A stretch of 64,000 nt of DNA from Acholeplasmataceae bacterium. GTDB taxonomy: Bacteria; Bacillota_I; Bacilli_A; Acholeplasmatales; Acholeplasmataceae. Location: assembly GCA_963675245.1 (NCBI GenBank), contig OY775910.1, positions 1,562,301 through 1,626,300 on the forward strand. The letters run 5' to 3'. Below the pieces are notes generated by a model. The model was given only the letters and a program-made list of their open reading frames with translations. It was not told the DNA's origin and searched no databases. Made by a program: the position numbers and the translations under genes. Below are positions 11,314-22,340 of this stretch, in pieces. Each line of letters starts with the position of its first letter. Position 1 is the first letter of the stretch.

Positions 11314-12225
11314 TTATTCGTTATCTGATGTAATATCAGCTGTATTTTCATAATCTGATTTAAACAAATCAGCAACATAAGCGAATGTATTTTGTTTATC
11401 ATATACGAGTGCAAATAAGAAAGCAATAAGTGTGCCATAAACAAATACAGGACCGATCATCCAAGCAACTGGCCAATAAAAAGTTTCCCCAGTAACAGGA
11501 TGAATCGTCAAGAAATTAGGAACTAATACTCTTAATAAAATACCAACACCAGTCAATGATTGTAAATCCTTTATACCAAAAATTAATGATGGATTTCTAC
11601 CAATAGGATTCATCATATCATATCCACCTGGAACCCAACCGATGAGAGATAAAATAAGTTCATTAAAATATATGATAAAGAGTAAACCTATTAGCAATAT
11701 GGGCGCATAAATGATTCGTTTAATTGATAATTCATGCATTTTAAATCGCATCATGAGAAATGGGGCAAGAAACAACAAGAAATGTGTTGTATAAAATCTA
11801 ATTGTTTCTAAATCAAATGCGCCTTTGGTATATAAAATCGGAACAGCATTAAATGTTTCACCAATGGCATCTGCCGGGAAAGTAATGGCTAAAATACCTG
11901 ATGCAATTCCTAACATAATCATGAAATCCTTAAGCACTTTATTTTTTGCGAAGAATAAGAATGGAAATAATACAACACTTACGGCACAAATGTTTTCTAA
12001 AGAAGCTTTAACCCAGATATGTTCAACATAGTATGGGTCTGTGTAAGGAAAGATTAACAATTTAAGAAAATGAATAGCGAAATTTGTCATTATAATAGAG
12101 AAAACAAACCAATATCTAAATCGATCGGAACGATTGCGTAGCAAAACAACAGCTAACGAGGTTAGCGTGATTGTAATTGCTATATACATAAGATAGTAAA
12201 CATTTCCAATCTCAATAACTGGCAT
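11314..12225 (-). CDS. YwaF-like integral membrane protein
   Basis: Multi-TM with LENICAVS and FYTTH motifs resembling YwaF/TMEM164-like proteins. Confidence 0.55.
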   Translation of the reverse strand: MPVIEIGNVYYLMYIAITITLTSLAVVLLRNRSDRFRYWFVFSIIMTNFAIHFLKLLIFPYTDPYYVEHIWVKASLENICAVSVVLFPFLFFAKNKVLKDFMIMLGIASGILAITFPADAIGETFNAVPILYTKGAFDLETIRFYTTHFLLFLAPFLMMRFKMHELSIKRIIYAPILLIGLLFIIYFNELILSLIGWVPGGYDMMNPIGRNPSLIFGIKDLQSLTGVGILLRVLVPNFLTIHPVTGETFYWPVAWMIGPVFVYGTLIAFLFALVYDKQNTFAYVADLFKSDYENTADITSDNE

Positions 12226-12236
12226 TTAATCACCTA

Positions 12237-12986
12237 TTATAAACGATGCTTTTTACGTTTTTCCTTTTTACTTAAATAATAATAATTATAGGTATGAAGT
12301 TTGCGCTTCATTTCTACTTGACTTAAGATAACACCTAAAATATTGGCACCGTAATTCTTTAATGAGTCAATTGAATCCTTGACGTAACTTTTTTTAGCTC
12401 TACCATATCCAATGACGAAGATAACGCCATCTGCTAGTTTTGTCACATATAATGCATCCGATAATGATTCAACAGGTGGTGAATCCAATAAAATGTAATC
12501 ATATTTATCTCTTAATGCTTGAAGTAATTGTGCTAGTTTTTGTGATTTCAGTAAATTAATAACTGCCGTTGAAGATTCCTTATTGATAATATAATCAATA
12601 CCTAACTCATCAGATTGCTTAATAATATCTTCAACATTAGCTCTTCCAGCAAGATAATCCGTTAAATTAGCACTCGTTGTATCATCAAATACGCGATTAA
12701 GTTTAGGTTTACGTAAATCGAGATCCATTAATAATACTTTTTTACCTTCTTTTGCCATTAAATATGCAATATTAGATATGGTTGTTGATTTACCTTCTGA
12801 CGGTTCAGTAGATGTAAATTGTAAGATTTTATAATTCTGATCAACATTTAGAAACTCAATGTTTAAAACGATCTTCTGGAATGATTCAGCAACAAAAGAA
12901 AGTGGTCGATTTTTAACAACTAAATACGCATAGTTTTCTAAACGTGGTTTTCCAAGTAAGTCTTTTAATTTTTTATTATCTAGCAT
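12237..12986 (-). CDS. CpsD/CapB-type BY-kinase (tyrosine autokinase)
   Basis: TSTEPSEGKST, DLDLRKP, DSPP and C-terminal Tyr cluster YNYYY. Confidence 0.92.
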   Translation of the reverse strand: MLDNKKLKDLLGKPRLENYAYLVVKNRPLSFVAESFQKIVLNIEFLNVDQNYKILQFTSTEPSEGKSTTISNIAYLMAKEGKKVLLMDLDLRKPKLNRVFDDTTSANLTDYLAGRANVEDIIKQSDELGIDYIINKESSTAVINLLKSQKLAQLLQALRDKYDYILLDSPPVESLSDALYVTKLADGVIFVIGYGRAKKSYVKDSIDSLKNYGANILGVILSQVEMKRKLHTYNYYYLSKKEKRKKHRL

Positions 12987-12987
12987 A

Positions 12988-13704
12988 TTAGAAATCCTCC
13001 TCTACTCTAAATTCCGGAATTGATCCTAATACTTGAAGATCTAAATCACGTTGAATTTCTTCTTTTGTTTTATATGTATTATCCAAAAAGCCACTAACTA
13101 ACGCTATAGATACACCAACAATGCCACCAAGTAAGGCACCAATGATGACATAAAGTGGTTTATTTGGTGAATCATACCTACCTATTGGTGCAGGTGTCAT
13201 TGTCCCTATCACACCTTGTAAAAACTGAATACTTGAGTTTTCATCATTTGTGATTGCTTTTGCACTTTCAATGACTTGATTAACAACGTCACGTGCAACT
13301 TCAGGATCAGTATCAGTATAACTAATCGTAATGAATAAATCCGTCGTACTAGAAATAACGTTTAGATTGCTTCTAATGATACCCATTTGACTGGTAGTGT
13401 AACCCAAATTCAGTGTCTCATTAACATCAAGCAACACCAAATCACTTGATAGCAGTGTAGATACTGTATTAATCAATCTTAGTGAAGTTGTTGTGTCAAT
13501 TTCGTTTGTCGTTCCAGTCGTTTCAACTTGAACAATAATTTGAGCTTCTGCTTTATATTGTTCATCCATGACAAACCAGGCTAGTGCTCCTGCCACAACA
13601 GCACCAATTAAAACAAGTGAAAATATGAGAATCAGATGCTTTCTAACGATCATATAAAGATCATATAAACTGAATTCTCTTTCATTTATACTTCCATTTT
13701 CCAT
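12988..13704 (-). CDS. CpsC/CapA-type chain-length regulator (BY-kinase modulator)
   Basis: Two TM helices, SPNKPL and C-terminal LQVLGSIP; directly upstream of the BY-kinase. Confidence 0.9.
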   Translation of the reverse strand: MENGSINEREFSLYDLYMIVRKHLILIFSLVLIGAVVAGALAWFVMDEQYKAEAQIIVQVETTGTTNEIDTTTSLRLINTVSTLLSSDLVLLDVNETLNLGYTTSQMGIIRSNLNVISSTTDLFITISYTDTDPEVARDVVNQVIESAKAITNDENSSIQFLQGVIGTMTPAPIGRYDSPNKPLYVIIGALLGGIVGVSIALVSGFLDNTYKTKEEIQRDLDLQVLGSIPEFRVEEDF

Positions 13705-13778
13705 TCACTACACCTACTTTCAAGTATTGGTTATATTATATCATAATATATTTTTTATAAGGTTTAGATAAACTTATA

Positions 13779-15164
13779 CTATTTATCGTTTTTAACCTTT
13801 GGTTTAACAAGGTTTTTGTAATAATCCGCTTTATTAATTTGCTTATTTCTAGCAATAGATAAAGAACCCTTAGGAATATTTTCGGTAACTGTAGAACCAG
13901 CAGCAATAAACACTTCGTCTTCAATGGATATAGGTGCAATCAAATTAACATTACAACCGATGAAAACGTCATCTCCAATCGTTGTTTGATGTTTGTTAAC
14001 ACCATCGTAATTAACGGTAATGGATCCACAACCAAAGTTAACGTTGTTTCCAACAAGTGCATCACCAATATAAGATAAGTGGGCTGCTTTGGTATTATTT
14101 CCTGTGATAGATTTTTTAACTTCAACAAAATTACCAATGCGATTATGAGAACCAATATTTGCATGATTTCTCAAGTGTGCAAATGGTCCAATTGTCGAAT
14201 ATTCGCCAACATGTGAGTCATATACGATAGAATGTTTGACTTCAACAAAGCGTTCAATGATACCATTATGTATTTCTGAGTTCGGTCCTACTACTGAACC
14301 TTCTTTAATGACACTATCCCCTGTAATGGTTGTATTCGGCATAATCATAACACCCGAATCAATCTGTACATTGTGTCCAATTGTAATGGTATTTGGTGAT
14401 ACCATTTGAACGCCATTTAGCATATGATTTCTATTGATTTCATCTCTCAAATATCGTTCAGCAACACTTACATTATATAAGTCGTTAACCCCCATCATCA
14501 TAAATGACTCTTCGACAATAAATGAACCAATTTTATAATCATGTCTCATCAACGCGACGATATCCGTAAGATAGTATTCATTTTTACGTTCATTCTTTTT
14601 AATCTTTTTTAACACATCAAATAAAACTTCATTGTTCACTGCGTAAACACCTGAGTTCACTTCTTTAATTCTTTTTTGCTCACTTGAACAATCTTTTTCT
14701 TCGATGATTGCAGCGATAGAACCATAATCATCTCGAATAATTCTGCCATATGATGTAGGATTATCATAAATCATTGATACGACAGTTAAATCATTCCCCA
14801 TTTCTTCATGTGCCCTTAGAATTTGATTCGTCAAATCAATGCTCATCAAAGGCATATCACCTGGTAAGATGAATGTCGTACCTTTCTTTCCTTCAAGAAC
14901 AGATGCTGCAGATAATACAGCATGGCCTGTACCAAGCTGCTCTTTTTGTTCAGCATATTTAACACGATCACCTAATATATCCTTTAGTACTTCTTTTTGA
15001 TGACCAACAACAACGACATTTTCATCAATAAGCGTTCTTTCCAATTTTTCAATAATATATTCAATCATTGGTTTTTTTAAAATTGGATATGCACATTTCG
15101 GTAATTCGGTTTTCATTCTCGTGCCTTTTCCAGCTGCCAAAATCACACCGTATGTTTTCGCCAT
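13779..15164 (-). CDS. glmU: Bifunctional UDP-GlcNAc pyrophosphorylase / GlcN-1-P acetyltransferase
   Basis: ILAAGKGTRMK, QLGTGHAV, GNFVEVK and HLSYIGD hexapeptide domain. Confidence 0.97.
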   Translation of the reverse strand: MAKTYGVILAAGKGTRMKTELPKCAYPILKKPMIEYIIEKLERTLIDENVVVVGHQKEVLKDILGDRVKYAEQKEQLGTGHAVLSAASVLEGKKGTTFILPGDMPLMSIDLTNQILRAHEEMGNDLTVVSMIYDNPTSYGRIIRDDYGSIAAIIEEKDCSSEQKRIKEVNSGVYAVNNEVLFDVLKKIKKNERKNEYYLTDIVALMRHDYKIGSFIVEESFMMMGVNDLYNVSVAERYLRDEINRNHMLNGVQMVSPNTITIGHNVQIDSGVMIMPNTTITGDSVIKEGSVVGPNSEIHNGIIERFVEVKHSIVYDSHVGEYSTIGPFAHLRNHANIGSHNRIGNFVEVKKSITGNNTKAAHLSYIGDALVGNNVNFGCGSITVNYDGVNKHQTTIGDDVFIGCNVNLIAPISIEDEVFIAAGSTVTENIPKGSLSIARNKQINKADYYKNLVKPKVKNDK

Positions 15165-15165
15165 A

Positions 15166-16464
15166 TTATTCACTCCTTTTATTGATGTATTCTATAATTT
15201 GATCAATCGTTTGATTGACTAATGCTTCATTTTCATGGGATACAGTTACACGAATGAGTGGTTCTGTACCACTAGCTCTAACAACGAGTAAACCATCTTC
15301 CCCAAGTTTTTTATTGATATTTTTAAGAAACAGTTTTGTCTCTTCCTCATTCAATACTTCTTTGTTAATATCTTTAATATTAACTAAGCGATATGGATAA
15401 GGTTTGTAATTAGAAATTGCAGATTCTAAGTTATTGTTTTCTAAAGTTAATACATATAATAAGTAGATTGCTGCGAGTAAACCATCACCAGTATGTAATA
15501 GCGTATTAATGATGATATGACCACTGCTTTCACCACCGATGGCATAATCATTTTTATGGAGTACTTCTGATACATATTTATCACCAACATCAGTGAGTGA
15601 ATATTTGATATCATCATCTCTTAAGGCTTTTAATAAACCTGGATTACTCATTCTAGTTAGAACGATATGATCATCTTTTAATTGACCATTTTTTCTCATA
15701 TAGCGAGCAATCATGTAAATAATTTCATCGCCATCATAGATTCGTTCTTGATCACACACCAATAGCCGATCACCATCACCATCAAAACTAAATCCGATAT
15801 CGCATCGTTTGGATCTAACAACTTCTTGAATGTGATTCATATGGGTTGATCCACAATTGACATTGATATTAAACCCATCCGGTTCATTGTTAATTTGAAT
15901 AGCATTTGGTGCAAATAGATCAAATACTTCCTTGGCAATTTGATAATTACCACCATTTGCACTATCATAAACAATTTTAAGTTTAGATTGAAAATGATTA
16001 AATGATTTATATAATTTTAAATAAGACGATTTAAAATTATTGACATATTCGAATTGACCAAAAGCTTGAATTTTCTTAATTGGATAATCAATGACTTCCT
16101 CAATTAACTGCTCTTCTGCTTTTGTAGTTTTGTAACCACGATTGAAGACTTTTATTCCATTATCTGTATAGGGATTATGAGATGCTGTAATCATCACGCC
16201 AATCAATTCGTGATCTTTTGAATATTGAGCCAGCATAGGTGTTGAACAGACTCCCGAAAATATCACATTCAAACCTTGAGAAAGTGCACCTGAAGCGATC
16301 ATATAAGCAAGCATAGGTGATGATTGTCTTGTATCGTAACCAATGACTACCGTATCTAAATCAAAGGCTTTACTAAGGCCTTGACCAACACTGAATGCTA
16401 ACGTTTCATTTAATTGTTCAAAAGCTTTACCGCGTATCCCGTCGGTACCAAAATATTTACCCAT
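15166..16464 (-). CDS. glmM: Phosphoglucosamine mutase
   Basis: KYFGTDGIRG, MITASHNP, DGDGDR and RASGTEP; lies between glmS and glmU. Confidence 0.95.
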   Translation of the reverse strand: MGKYFGTDGIRGKAFEQLNETLAFSVGQGLSKAFDLDTVVIGYDTRQSSPMLAYMIASGALSQGLNVIFSGVCSTPMLAQYSKDHELIGVMITASHNPYTDNGIKVFNRGYKTTKAEEQLIEEVIDYPIKKIQAFGQFEYVNNFKSSYLKLYKSFNHFQSKLKIVYDSANGGNYQIAKEVFDLFAPNAIQINNEPDGFNINVNCGSTHMNHIQEVVRSKRCDIGFSFDGDGDRLLVCDQERIYDGDEIIYMIARYMRKNGQLKDDHIVLTRMSNPGLLKALRDDDIKYSLTDVGDKYVSEVLHKNDYAIGGESSGHIIINTLLHTGDGLLAAIYLLYVLTLENNNLESAISNYKPYPYRLVNIKDINKEVLNEEETKLFLKNINKKLGEDGLLVVRASGTEPLIRVTVSHENEALVNQTIDQIIEYINKRSE

Positions 16465-16469
16465 AATGT

Positions 16470-18251
16470 TTACTCAACCGTAACACTTTTTGCGAGGTTA
16501 CGTGGTTTATCAATATCTAATTGACGATCAAGTGCAGCGTAGTATGCAATCAGTTGTGTTGGTACAACCATAATCATTGATGATAGTGCAGGATGAACAT
16601 CTTCAACAATCACATCATCTGTTGAGTTTGATGCAGAACGTGTTGAAATCACAATTGGATTTGCTCCTCGTGCAATAACTTCCTTTAAATTTGATCTTGT
16701 ATGATTACCTAATGCACGATCAGAAATTAACGCAATTACAGGTGTATCTTGCTCAATTAAAGCGATTGTCCCATGTTTTAATTCACCAGCTGCAAACCCT
16801 TCTGTTTGAATATATGATATCTCTTTCAATTTTAATGCTGCTTCCAGTGAGGTATAGTAATCAATACCTCTACCAATATAGAAACAATTTCTCATTTTAA
16901 GTTTGTCATGAACTAATAATCGTAATGACTGTTCAGATAATAGCTTATCAATTGCAAGTGCAACACGATTTAAAGAATCATGAATGTCTAATTTTGCACC
17001 TAATTTATCTGCTAAAATTGATAATAAAGCCACTTGAGCGACATATGCTTTGGTTGAGGCAACCGCAATTTCTGGACCAGCAAATAAGTCTAATGCAAAG
17101 TCCGCTTCTCTTGCTAATGTCGATGTTTTAACGTTCGTAATGGTTAACACTTTAGCGTTTGTCTTTCTGATTTTAATTAAACATGCTCTTAAATCAGCAG
17201 TTTCACCACTTTGTGAAATAAACACATAAAATGGTTTATCAGATATATAAGGCTCTCCATATGCGAATTCAGATGCAATATGTACATCAGTTGGTTTATT
17301 AGCATATTTTTCAAATAAGCGTTTACCTATAAAACCAGCGTGCATCGATGTCCCTGCAGCGATGATATATATACGATCTGCTGATAACATTTGTTTAACA
17401 ATAGTGTCATCAATCGGGTCATTTTCATTAAGAAGATATTCTGTCATCAATCGTCTAATAACAGATGGTTGTTCGTAAATTTCTTTGAGCATGAAATGAT
17501 CAAATTCACCTTTTTCAGCTTGATAAAAACCATCATCTATCGTTAAATAGTCAGGTTCGATAAGCTGATGATTTAAATCAAAAAAGTGGACACGATCATC
17601 ATGAATAACAGTAAACGTTTCATCCTGTAATGCAACAAAAGAGTCACAATAGTCAGATAACGCCATGATATCTGATGCCACAATATATCCTTCTTCGTTT
17701 TGTCCCAATACGAGTGGTGACTTATTTTTACCAGCATAAATAGTTTCTGGATTTTCAGTATCTATAACCAGCAAAGCATATGATCCTTCAAGTAGTTTTA
17801 ATGTGGTCGAAATAGCATTTTCAATATTCATTTGTACAGACATTTTCTCAATTAATTGAACAATAACTTCTGTGTCTGTTTCACTAGAAAAATAGACATC
17901 AGACAAATACTGTCTTTTAAGTTCATCACTATTTTCAATGACACCATTATGAACAGCAATAAATCGTCCTGATTGAGATGCATGAGGGTGAGCATTACCT
18001 TTAGTTACTGCACCATGAGTTGCCCATCTTGTATGTCCCATACCTATTGGTGAAGGTGCCGCTTTTTTAGAAATATCAGTTAAATGTGCTACTCTCCCAA
18101 TATCCTTGTACGTATCAAAAACGCGGAAACGTGGGTCATAAAGTGTTATACCCGCTGAATCGTAACCGCGATATTCCAAACGTCTTAAACCACTTAAGAC
18201 GACTTCTTTAGCTTTTCTATCTGAACCTACATATCCAACTATTCCACACAT
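16470..18251 (-). CDS. glmS: Glutamine-fructose-6-phosphate aminotransferase
   Basis: MCGIVG, LEYRGYDSAG, HTRWATHG and PRNLAKSVTVE. Confidence 0.98.
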   Translation of the reverse strand: MCGIVGYVGSDRKAKEVVLSGLRRLEYRGYDSAGITLYDPRFRVFDTYKDIGRVAHLTDISKKAAPSPIGMGHTRWATHGAVTKGNAHPHASQSGRFIAVHNGVIENSDELKRQYLSDVYFSSETDTEVIVQLIEKMSVQMNIENAISTTLKLLEGSYALLVIDTENPETIYAGKNKSPLVLGQNEEGYIVASDIMALSDYCDSFVALQDETFTVIHDDRVHFFDLNHQLIEPDYLTIDDGFYQAEKGEFDHFMLKEIYEQPSVIRRLMTEYLLNENDPIDDTIVKQMLSADRIYIIAAGTSMHAGFIGKRLFEKYANKPTDVHIASEFAYGEPYISDKPFYVFISQSGETADLRACLIKIRKTNAKVLTITNVKTSTLAREADFALDLFAGPEIAVASTKAYVAQVALLSILADKLGAKLDIHDSLNRVALAIDKLLSEQSLRLLVHDKLKMRNCFYIGRGIDYYTSLEAALKLKEISYIQTEGFAAGELKHGTIALIEQDTPVIALISDRALGNHTRSNLKEVIARGANPIVISTRSASNSTDDVIVEDVHPALSSMIMVVPTQLIAYYAALDRQLDIDKPRNLAKSVTVE

Positions 18252-18263
18252 ATGACTTACCCC

Positions 18264-20159
18264 TTACTCGCTTAATGTCTCAGCATCACCTTTTGAACCA
18301 TTACCATTTCTGTTATAGGTCGTAATGATACTAGCAAGACATGCTTTAACTTCTTCATTTGTTAGATTTTCGACTTCTAAAAAGATTTTTTCCAAGCTTA
18401 ATTCGTCTAAATCAACATCTCTTTGTTTCTCAATGAATATTTTTTGATGTGGTGTCTGATCTTGACTGCCATGTTCATGATCAACTAATAATTCTTCATA
18501 AAGTTTTTCACCAGGTCTTAATCCTACATATTCGATTTTTATATCTTCATGAGGTTTTAATCCAGTTAAGCGAATCATTTTTTCTGCTAAATCAGCAATG
18601 CGAATAGGTTCCCCCATGTCCAAAATAAATACTTCTCCACCCTTTGCAAACACTCCACACTGTAAAATGAGTCCTACTGCTTCAGGTATTGTCATAAAGA
18701 ATCTTGTAATATCAGGATGTGTCACCGTGATTGGTCCACCATCAGCAATTTGTTTTTTGAATAATGGAATGACTGAACCATTACTTCCTAACACATTTCC
18801 AAATCTTACAGCACTATATTTCGTGACTTTACTATGATTTTGTTGTTCTTGAACGATTAATTCTGCATAACGTTTTGTAGCACCCATAACATTTGTTGAA
18901 CGAACTGCTTTATCACTGCTGACCATTACAAACTTTTTGACTTCAAATTCATTTGCCAATGATGCAACATTATATGTACCGATAACGTTTGTTCTTACAG
19001 CTTCAACCGCACTGTCTTCCATGAGTGGTACATGTTTATATGCTGCTGCATGAAATACGACTGTTGGCTTAAAGGTTTCAAAAAGAACTTTGACGCGTGC
19101 CTTATTGTAAACACTACCTATCCATACTTGCAAATCTAGTGGTTTATTATCTTTTTTAAATTTTCTTAATAATTCTTGTTGAATTTCATATGCATTGTTT
19201 TCATAAATATCAAAAATGATAAGTTTTTTGGGTCCTCTTTCGGCAATTTGTCTGCATAATTCACTACCGATTGAACCACCACCACCAGTAACTAATACAA
19301 CTTCATTTTTAATATAATTTGCAATACATGAATCATCTAATTTAATTTCTTCTCGATTGAGTAAATCTTCAATACGAATATCAGAGATAATAGGTCTTGA
19401 TTCACCGACATCTTCAACCATGCCAGACAATCTTTTCATTCTGATATTTCTTGAAGTGACAATTTCTCCAATTTCTCTTAATTTTTTATTAGGGAAATCT
19501 TTTACCGCAATAATCACTTCTTCAATTCTATATAAGTCAAGGAAATATTCTATTTCGGATAATTTTCCCGCAATTTTAATTCCCATTAATCGTTTGTCAT
19601 GTTTATTCGAATCATCATCTAAAAAACACATTGGCATATTATTTAAGTCTTTATTGCGATAAAGTTCTTTCACTACTTGTTCTCCAGCTGAGCCAGCTCC
19701 TATTATCAAAGTTCTTCTACCTAACGCCTTATTCCAATCCCAATTGGTCTTAAAATAATTAATAACTCGTTTTGTCATTCTAGGTAGAACGACTAATCCC
19801 ATTTCCAAGAAAACGATAAAGAAATATGCTGATTTGTACATAAATGCGTATTCCTCACCTGCAATAGCTAAAAAAACCACGATTAGGACATTCACAACAA
19901 TCGTAGTCGCAGCAACTCTAATAAAATCTTCAAAGCCGAAATATTCAATTAATATGCCATACACACCTACAATGAGGTACGCAATAAAATGTAATAAAAT
20001 AATAAAAGGGATTGCCATCGCAATCAAATCTAGGCTAATTGGGATTTCAAGAAAATAAAAGACGACCACTGAAATTAGATACGTTACACAAATTGCTATA
20101 ATGTCTGTTAAAATGAAAGGCAATGCACCTTTAATTTTGTTAAATAAAGATTTTTCCAT
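18264..20159 (-). CDS. CapD/PglF-type nucleotide-sugar 4,6-dehydratase
   Basis: Four N-terminal TMs, TGGGGSIGSE, HAAAYKHVP, SSDKAV and RFGNVLGS. Confidence 0.93.
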   Translation of the reverse strand: MEKSLFNKIKGALPFILTDIIAICVTYLISVVVFYFLEIPISLDLIAMAIPFIILLHFIAYLIVGVYGILIEYFGFEDFIRVAATTIVVNVLIVVFLAIAGEEYAFMYKSAYFFIVFLEMGLVVLPRMTKRVINYFKTNWDWNKALGRRTLIIGAGSAGEQVVKELYRNKDLNNMPMCFLDDDSNKHDKRLMGIKIAGKLSEIEYFLDLYRIEEVIIAVKDFPNKKLREIGEIVTSRNIRMKRLSGMVEDVGESRPIISDIRIEDLLNREEIKLDDSCIANYIKNEVVLVTGGGGSIGSELCRQIAERGPKKLIIFDIYENNAYEIQQELLRKFKKDNKPLDLQVWIGSVYNKARVKVLFETFKPTVVFHAAAYKHVPLMEDSAVEAVRTNVIGTYNVASLANEFEVKKFVMVSSDKAVRSTNVMGATKRYAELIVQEQQNHSKVTKYSAVRFGNVLGSNGSVIPLFKKQIADGGPITVTHPDITRFFMTIPEAVGLILQCGVFAKGGEVFILDMGEPIRIADLAEKMIRLTGLKPHEDIKIEYVGLRPGEKLYEELLVDHEHGSQDQTPHQKIFIEKQRDVDLDELSLEKIFLEVENLTNEEVKACLASIITTYNRNGNGSKGDAETLSE

Positions 20160-20320
20160 GTTCGTCTCCCCACTACCTATAAATTTAAATGCTTTTCTAG
20201 TTGTTTTTATTAATATTTAATAAATGCACTTGCTTAATTATTATACCGCTAAATGACGATTTTTTAAAGTTTATGCCTTAAAATCAAATGATAATGAAGA
20301 TGCGTCTACTTTTTATAAAT

Positions 20321-20755
20321 TTAAATGAAGACATGTGTATTAGCATAAAACACTGTTTCATTGATTGAATTAATAGAATCAAATATTGCTAATAGTAATA
20401 TTTTTTCACTATATTTATAATCTTCTGATATTTCAACATTTAACGTTTGAAAATCAATAATATCTACGATGATTAACTCTGCTTCCTTGTCAAAAAACAA
20501 ACTTTCGCTTATCACAGAAATGTCATTGTACTGATGATCAATGATGGTTACTTCAACCTTTATTGATAATGGGAATATATCATATGAACCCTCATAAGTA
20601 CCATCAGGAATAGTTGATAAATCTGGTGATTCAATAACTAATTCATCTAGCGTATCATAACGCACACTTATTTCCACAAAAACAATAAATGTCATGAGTA
20701 TAATTAACATGGATAATGTCGCTATAATCGCGAAAATTGAGCTTTTTTTCATCAC
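20321..20755 (-). CDS. Membrane-anchored FMN_bind-like protein (degenerate)
   Basis: N-terminal TM, then PDGTYEGSY...IKVEVTI; the usual DxxSGAT flavinylation motif is absent. Confidence 0.6.
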   Translation of the reverse strand: MMKKSSIFAIIATLSMLIILMTFIVFVEISVRYDTLDELVIESPDLSTIPDGTYEGSYDIFPLSIKVEVTIIDHQYNDISVISESLFFDKEAELIIVDIIDFQTLNVEISEDYKYSEKILLLAIFDSINSINETVFYANTHVFI

Positions 20756-20886
20756 TTTTTACCTACTATCATTTGCCTATCATTTTAACATAAATATGCG
20801 TTAAATGTAAATTTAATTTTTTTTGACAAACGATAGCCTTTCATCGTATAATATGAGTTAGTTTTCATAAGACTAAGAGGTTACTC

Positions 20887-22311
20887 ATGAAAAAGATAGA
20901 ATCTTTTCTAAATAGCACGGTTTATATCGTGATTGTCTATGCATTTGCTCTACTTACATGGAGTATAAAAGGCTCAAATGATTCAATCACTACTTTCGGT
21001 CTTTTCAATATGATTGGGATCTTTACAATTGTGTTCGTTTTAGCATTTGTTCTAATTTTTTATAAAAATACAAGATATGCTATTCCTCTTTTAACATCAT
21101 TATTATTTGTTGTTAATAATTCAGTTATTACCTTTGATACTTTAAATACATTTGGTTTTCCATATATTGTTTTATTCTTAATTCTAATTGGACCTATCGT
21201 CCACATCATAAGATTTAGACCTCAATTTAAATTCAGAGGACTTACCTTAGGTTTATTGCTTATTGCTATCGCTTATTTAATTCCCCTCATTTATACTGAT
21301 CGAAGTTTAAAAGCGATTGCGATTTCAGGTGTAGGTCTATTATATTTCTTGTTTTATTTCTTCTTATCTAACACAACCAAAGGTGATGTTGATTATTTCT
21401 TCAAAATGATGTTAATCATGAATTTATTAATGGTTGGTGAGTTTGGTATTAAGATGATTCGTACGCTTTCATCTTATAGCGACTTGAACTTAATTGAAGC
21501 CTTTCGAGCAAGTATGAATGCTGGTTGGGGTGGCAACCTCGGTTGGGCAAACGTCAATGATCTTTGTTATTACTTGACTTTAACACTACCTGGATATGTA
21601 TATTTCATATTCAAGAAACCAAAGAATGTTATCTTTTGGATATTATTATTACTTCCAGCAATAGTCGTTCTTCTTACACAATCACGTGGTGGTTTCATAG
21701 GGTTCGCGTTAGCTGCATCAGGTCTTGGTATCATCATTCTCATTCATGGTAAACATCACCACTACTTCTATGCTATTTTCACAATCATACTAGCAGCATT
21801 AGTCGCATATCTTTCTAAGGATGTCTTAGTAGGTATTTATAACGCCTTCTTACAAACGCTTGAAGGTGATTCGATTAATAGTTTTTCAAGTAGTCGTATT
21901 TGGATATACATGCGTGGTTTAGAAATATTTGAGTTGCATCCCGTCTTTGGTAGTGGTTGGATATCGATTGATATTTTAGCCGAAGAATTTGGCGGTAGAT
22001 TATTTATGTATCATTCAACGATTATTCATGTGCTAGCAACGATGGGAATATTCGGTCTAGTCGCTTTATTAGTCCATTATTTTCAAGTCTTTAAATTACT
22101 ATTTGACAATTGGTCACTCGAATCTAAATTGATACTCGTCGCCTTTATAGCTGTTCAAATACATGGCTTAATTGATAATATTCAATTTTCAGTACCTTAT
22201 TCTTTCTTAGTCGCTATGTTATTTCCATTACTGGAAAATTCACCGATCAAAACATATTTTATTAAAACAGGTAGAACCTATCAATTTGATAGCTCACTCG
22301 TTTTAAACTAG
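20887..22311 (+). CDS. O-antigen ligase/Wzy-like membrane protein
   Basis: About 12 TMs, TQSRGG, SSRIWIY...HPVFGSG and YHST motifs. Confidence 0.85.
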   Translation: MKKIESFLNSTVYIVIVYAFALLTWSIKGSNDSITTFGLFNMIGIFTIVFVLAFVLIFYKNTRYAIPLLTSLLFVVNNSVITFDTLNTFGFPYIVLFLILIGPIVHIIRFRPQFKFRGLTLGLLLIAIAYLIPLIYTDRSLKAIAISGVGLLYFLFYFFLSNTTKGDVDYFFKMMLIMNLLMVGEFGIKMIRTLSSYSDLNLIEAFRASMNAGWGGNLGWANVNDLCYYLTLTLPGYVYFIFKKPKNVIFWILLLLPAIVVLLTQSRGGFIGFALAASGLGIIILIHGKHHHYFYAIFTIILAALVAYLSKDVLVGIYNAFLQTLEGDSINSFSSSRIWIYMRGLEIFELHPVFGSGWISIDILAEEFGGRLFMYHSTIIHVLATMGIFGLVALLVHYFQVFKLLFDNWSLESKLILVAFIAVQIHGLIDNIQFSVPYSFLVAMLFPLLENSPIKTYFIKTGRTYQFDSSLVLN

Positions 22312-22313
22312 AG

Positions 22314-22340
22314 AAAAAGCACTTATGTAGTGCTTTTTTT
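22314..22340. terminator. Bidirectional terminator
   Basis: AAAAAGCACT...AGTGCTTTTTTT between convergent genes. Confidence 0.7.

Noticed and set aside
18252..18263. glmS ribozyme
   Set aside because: Only 12 nt separate glmS from the upstream stop codon.
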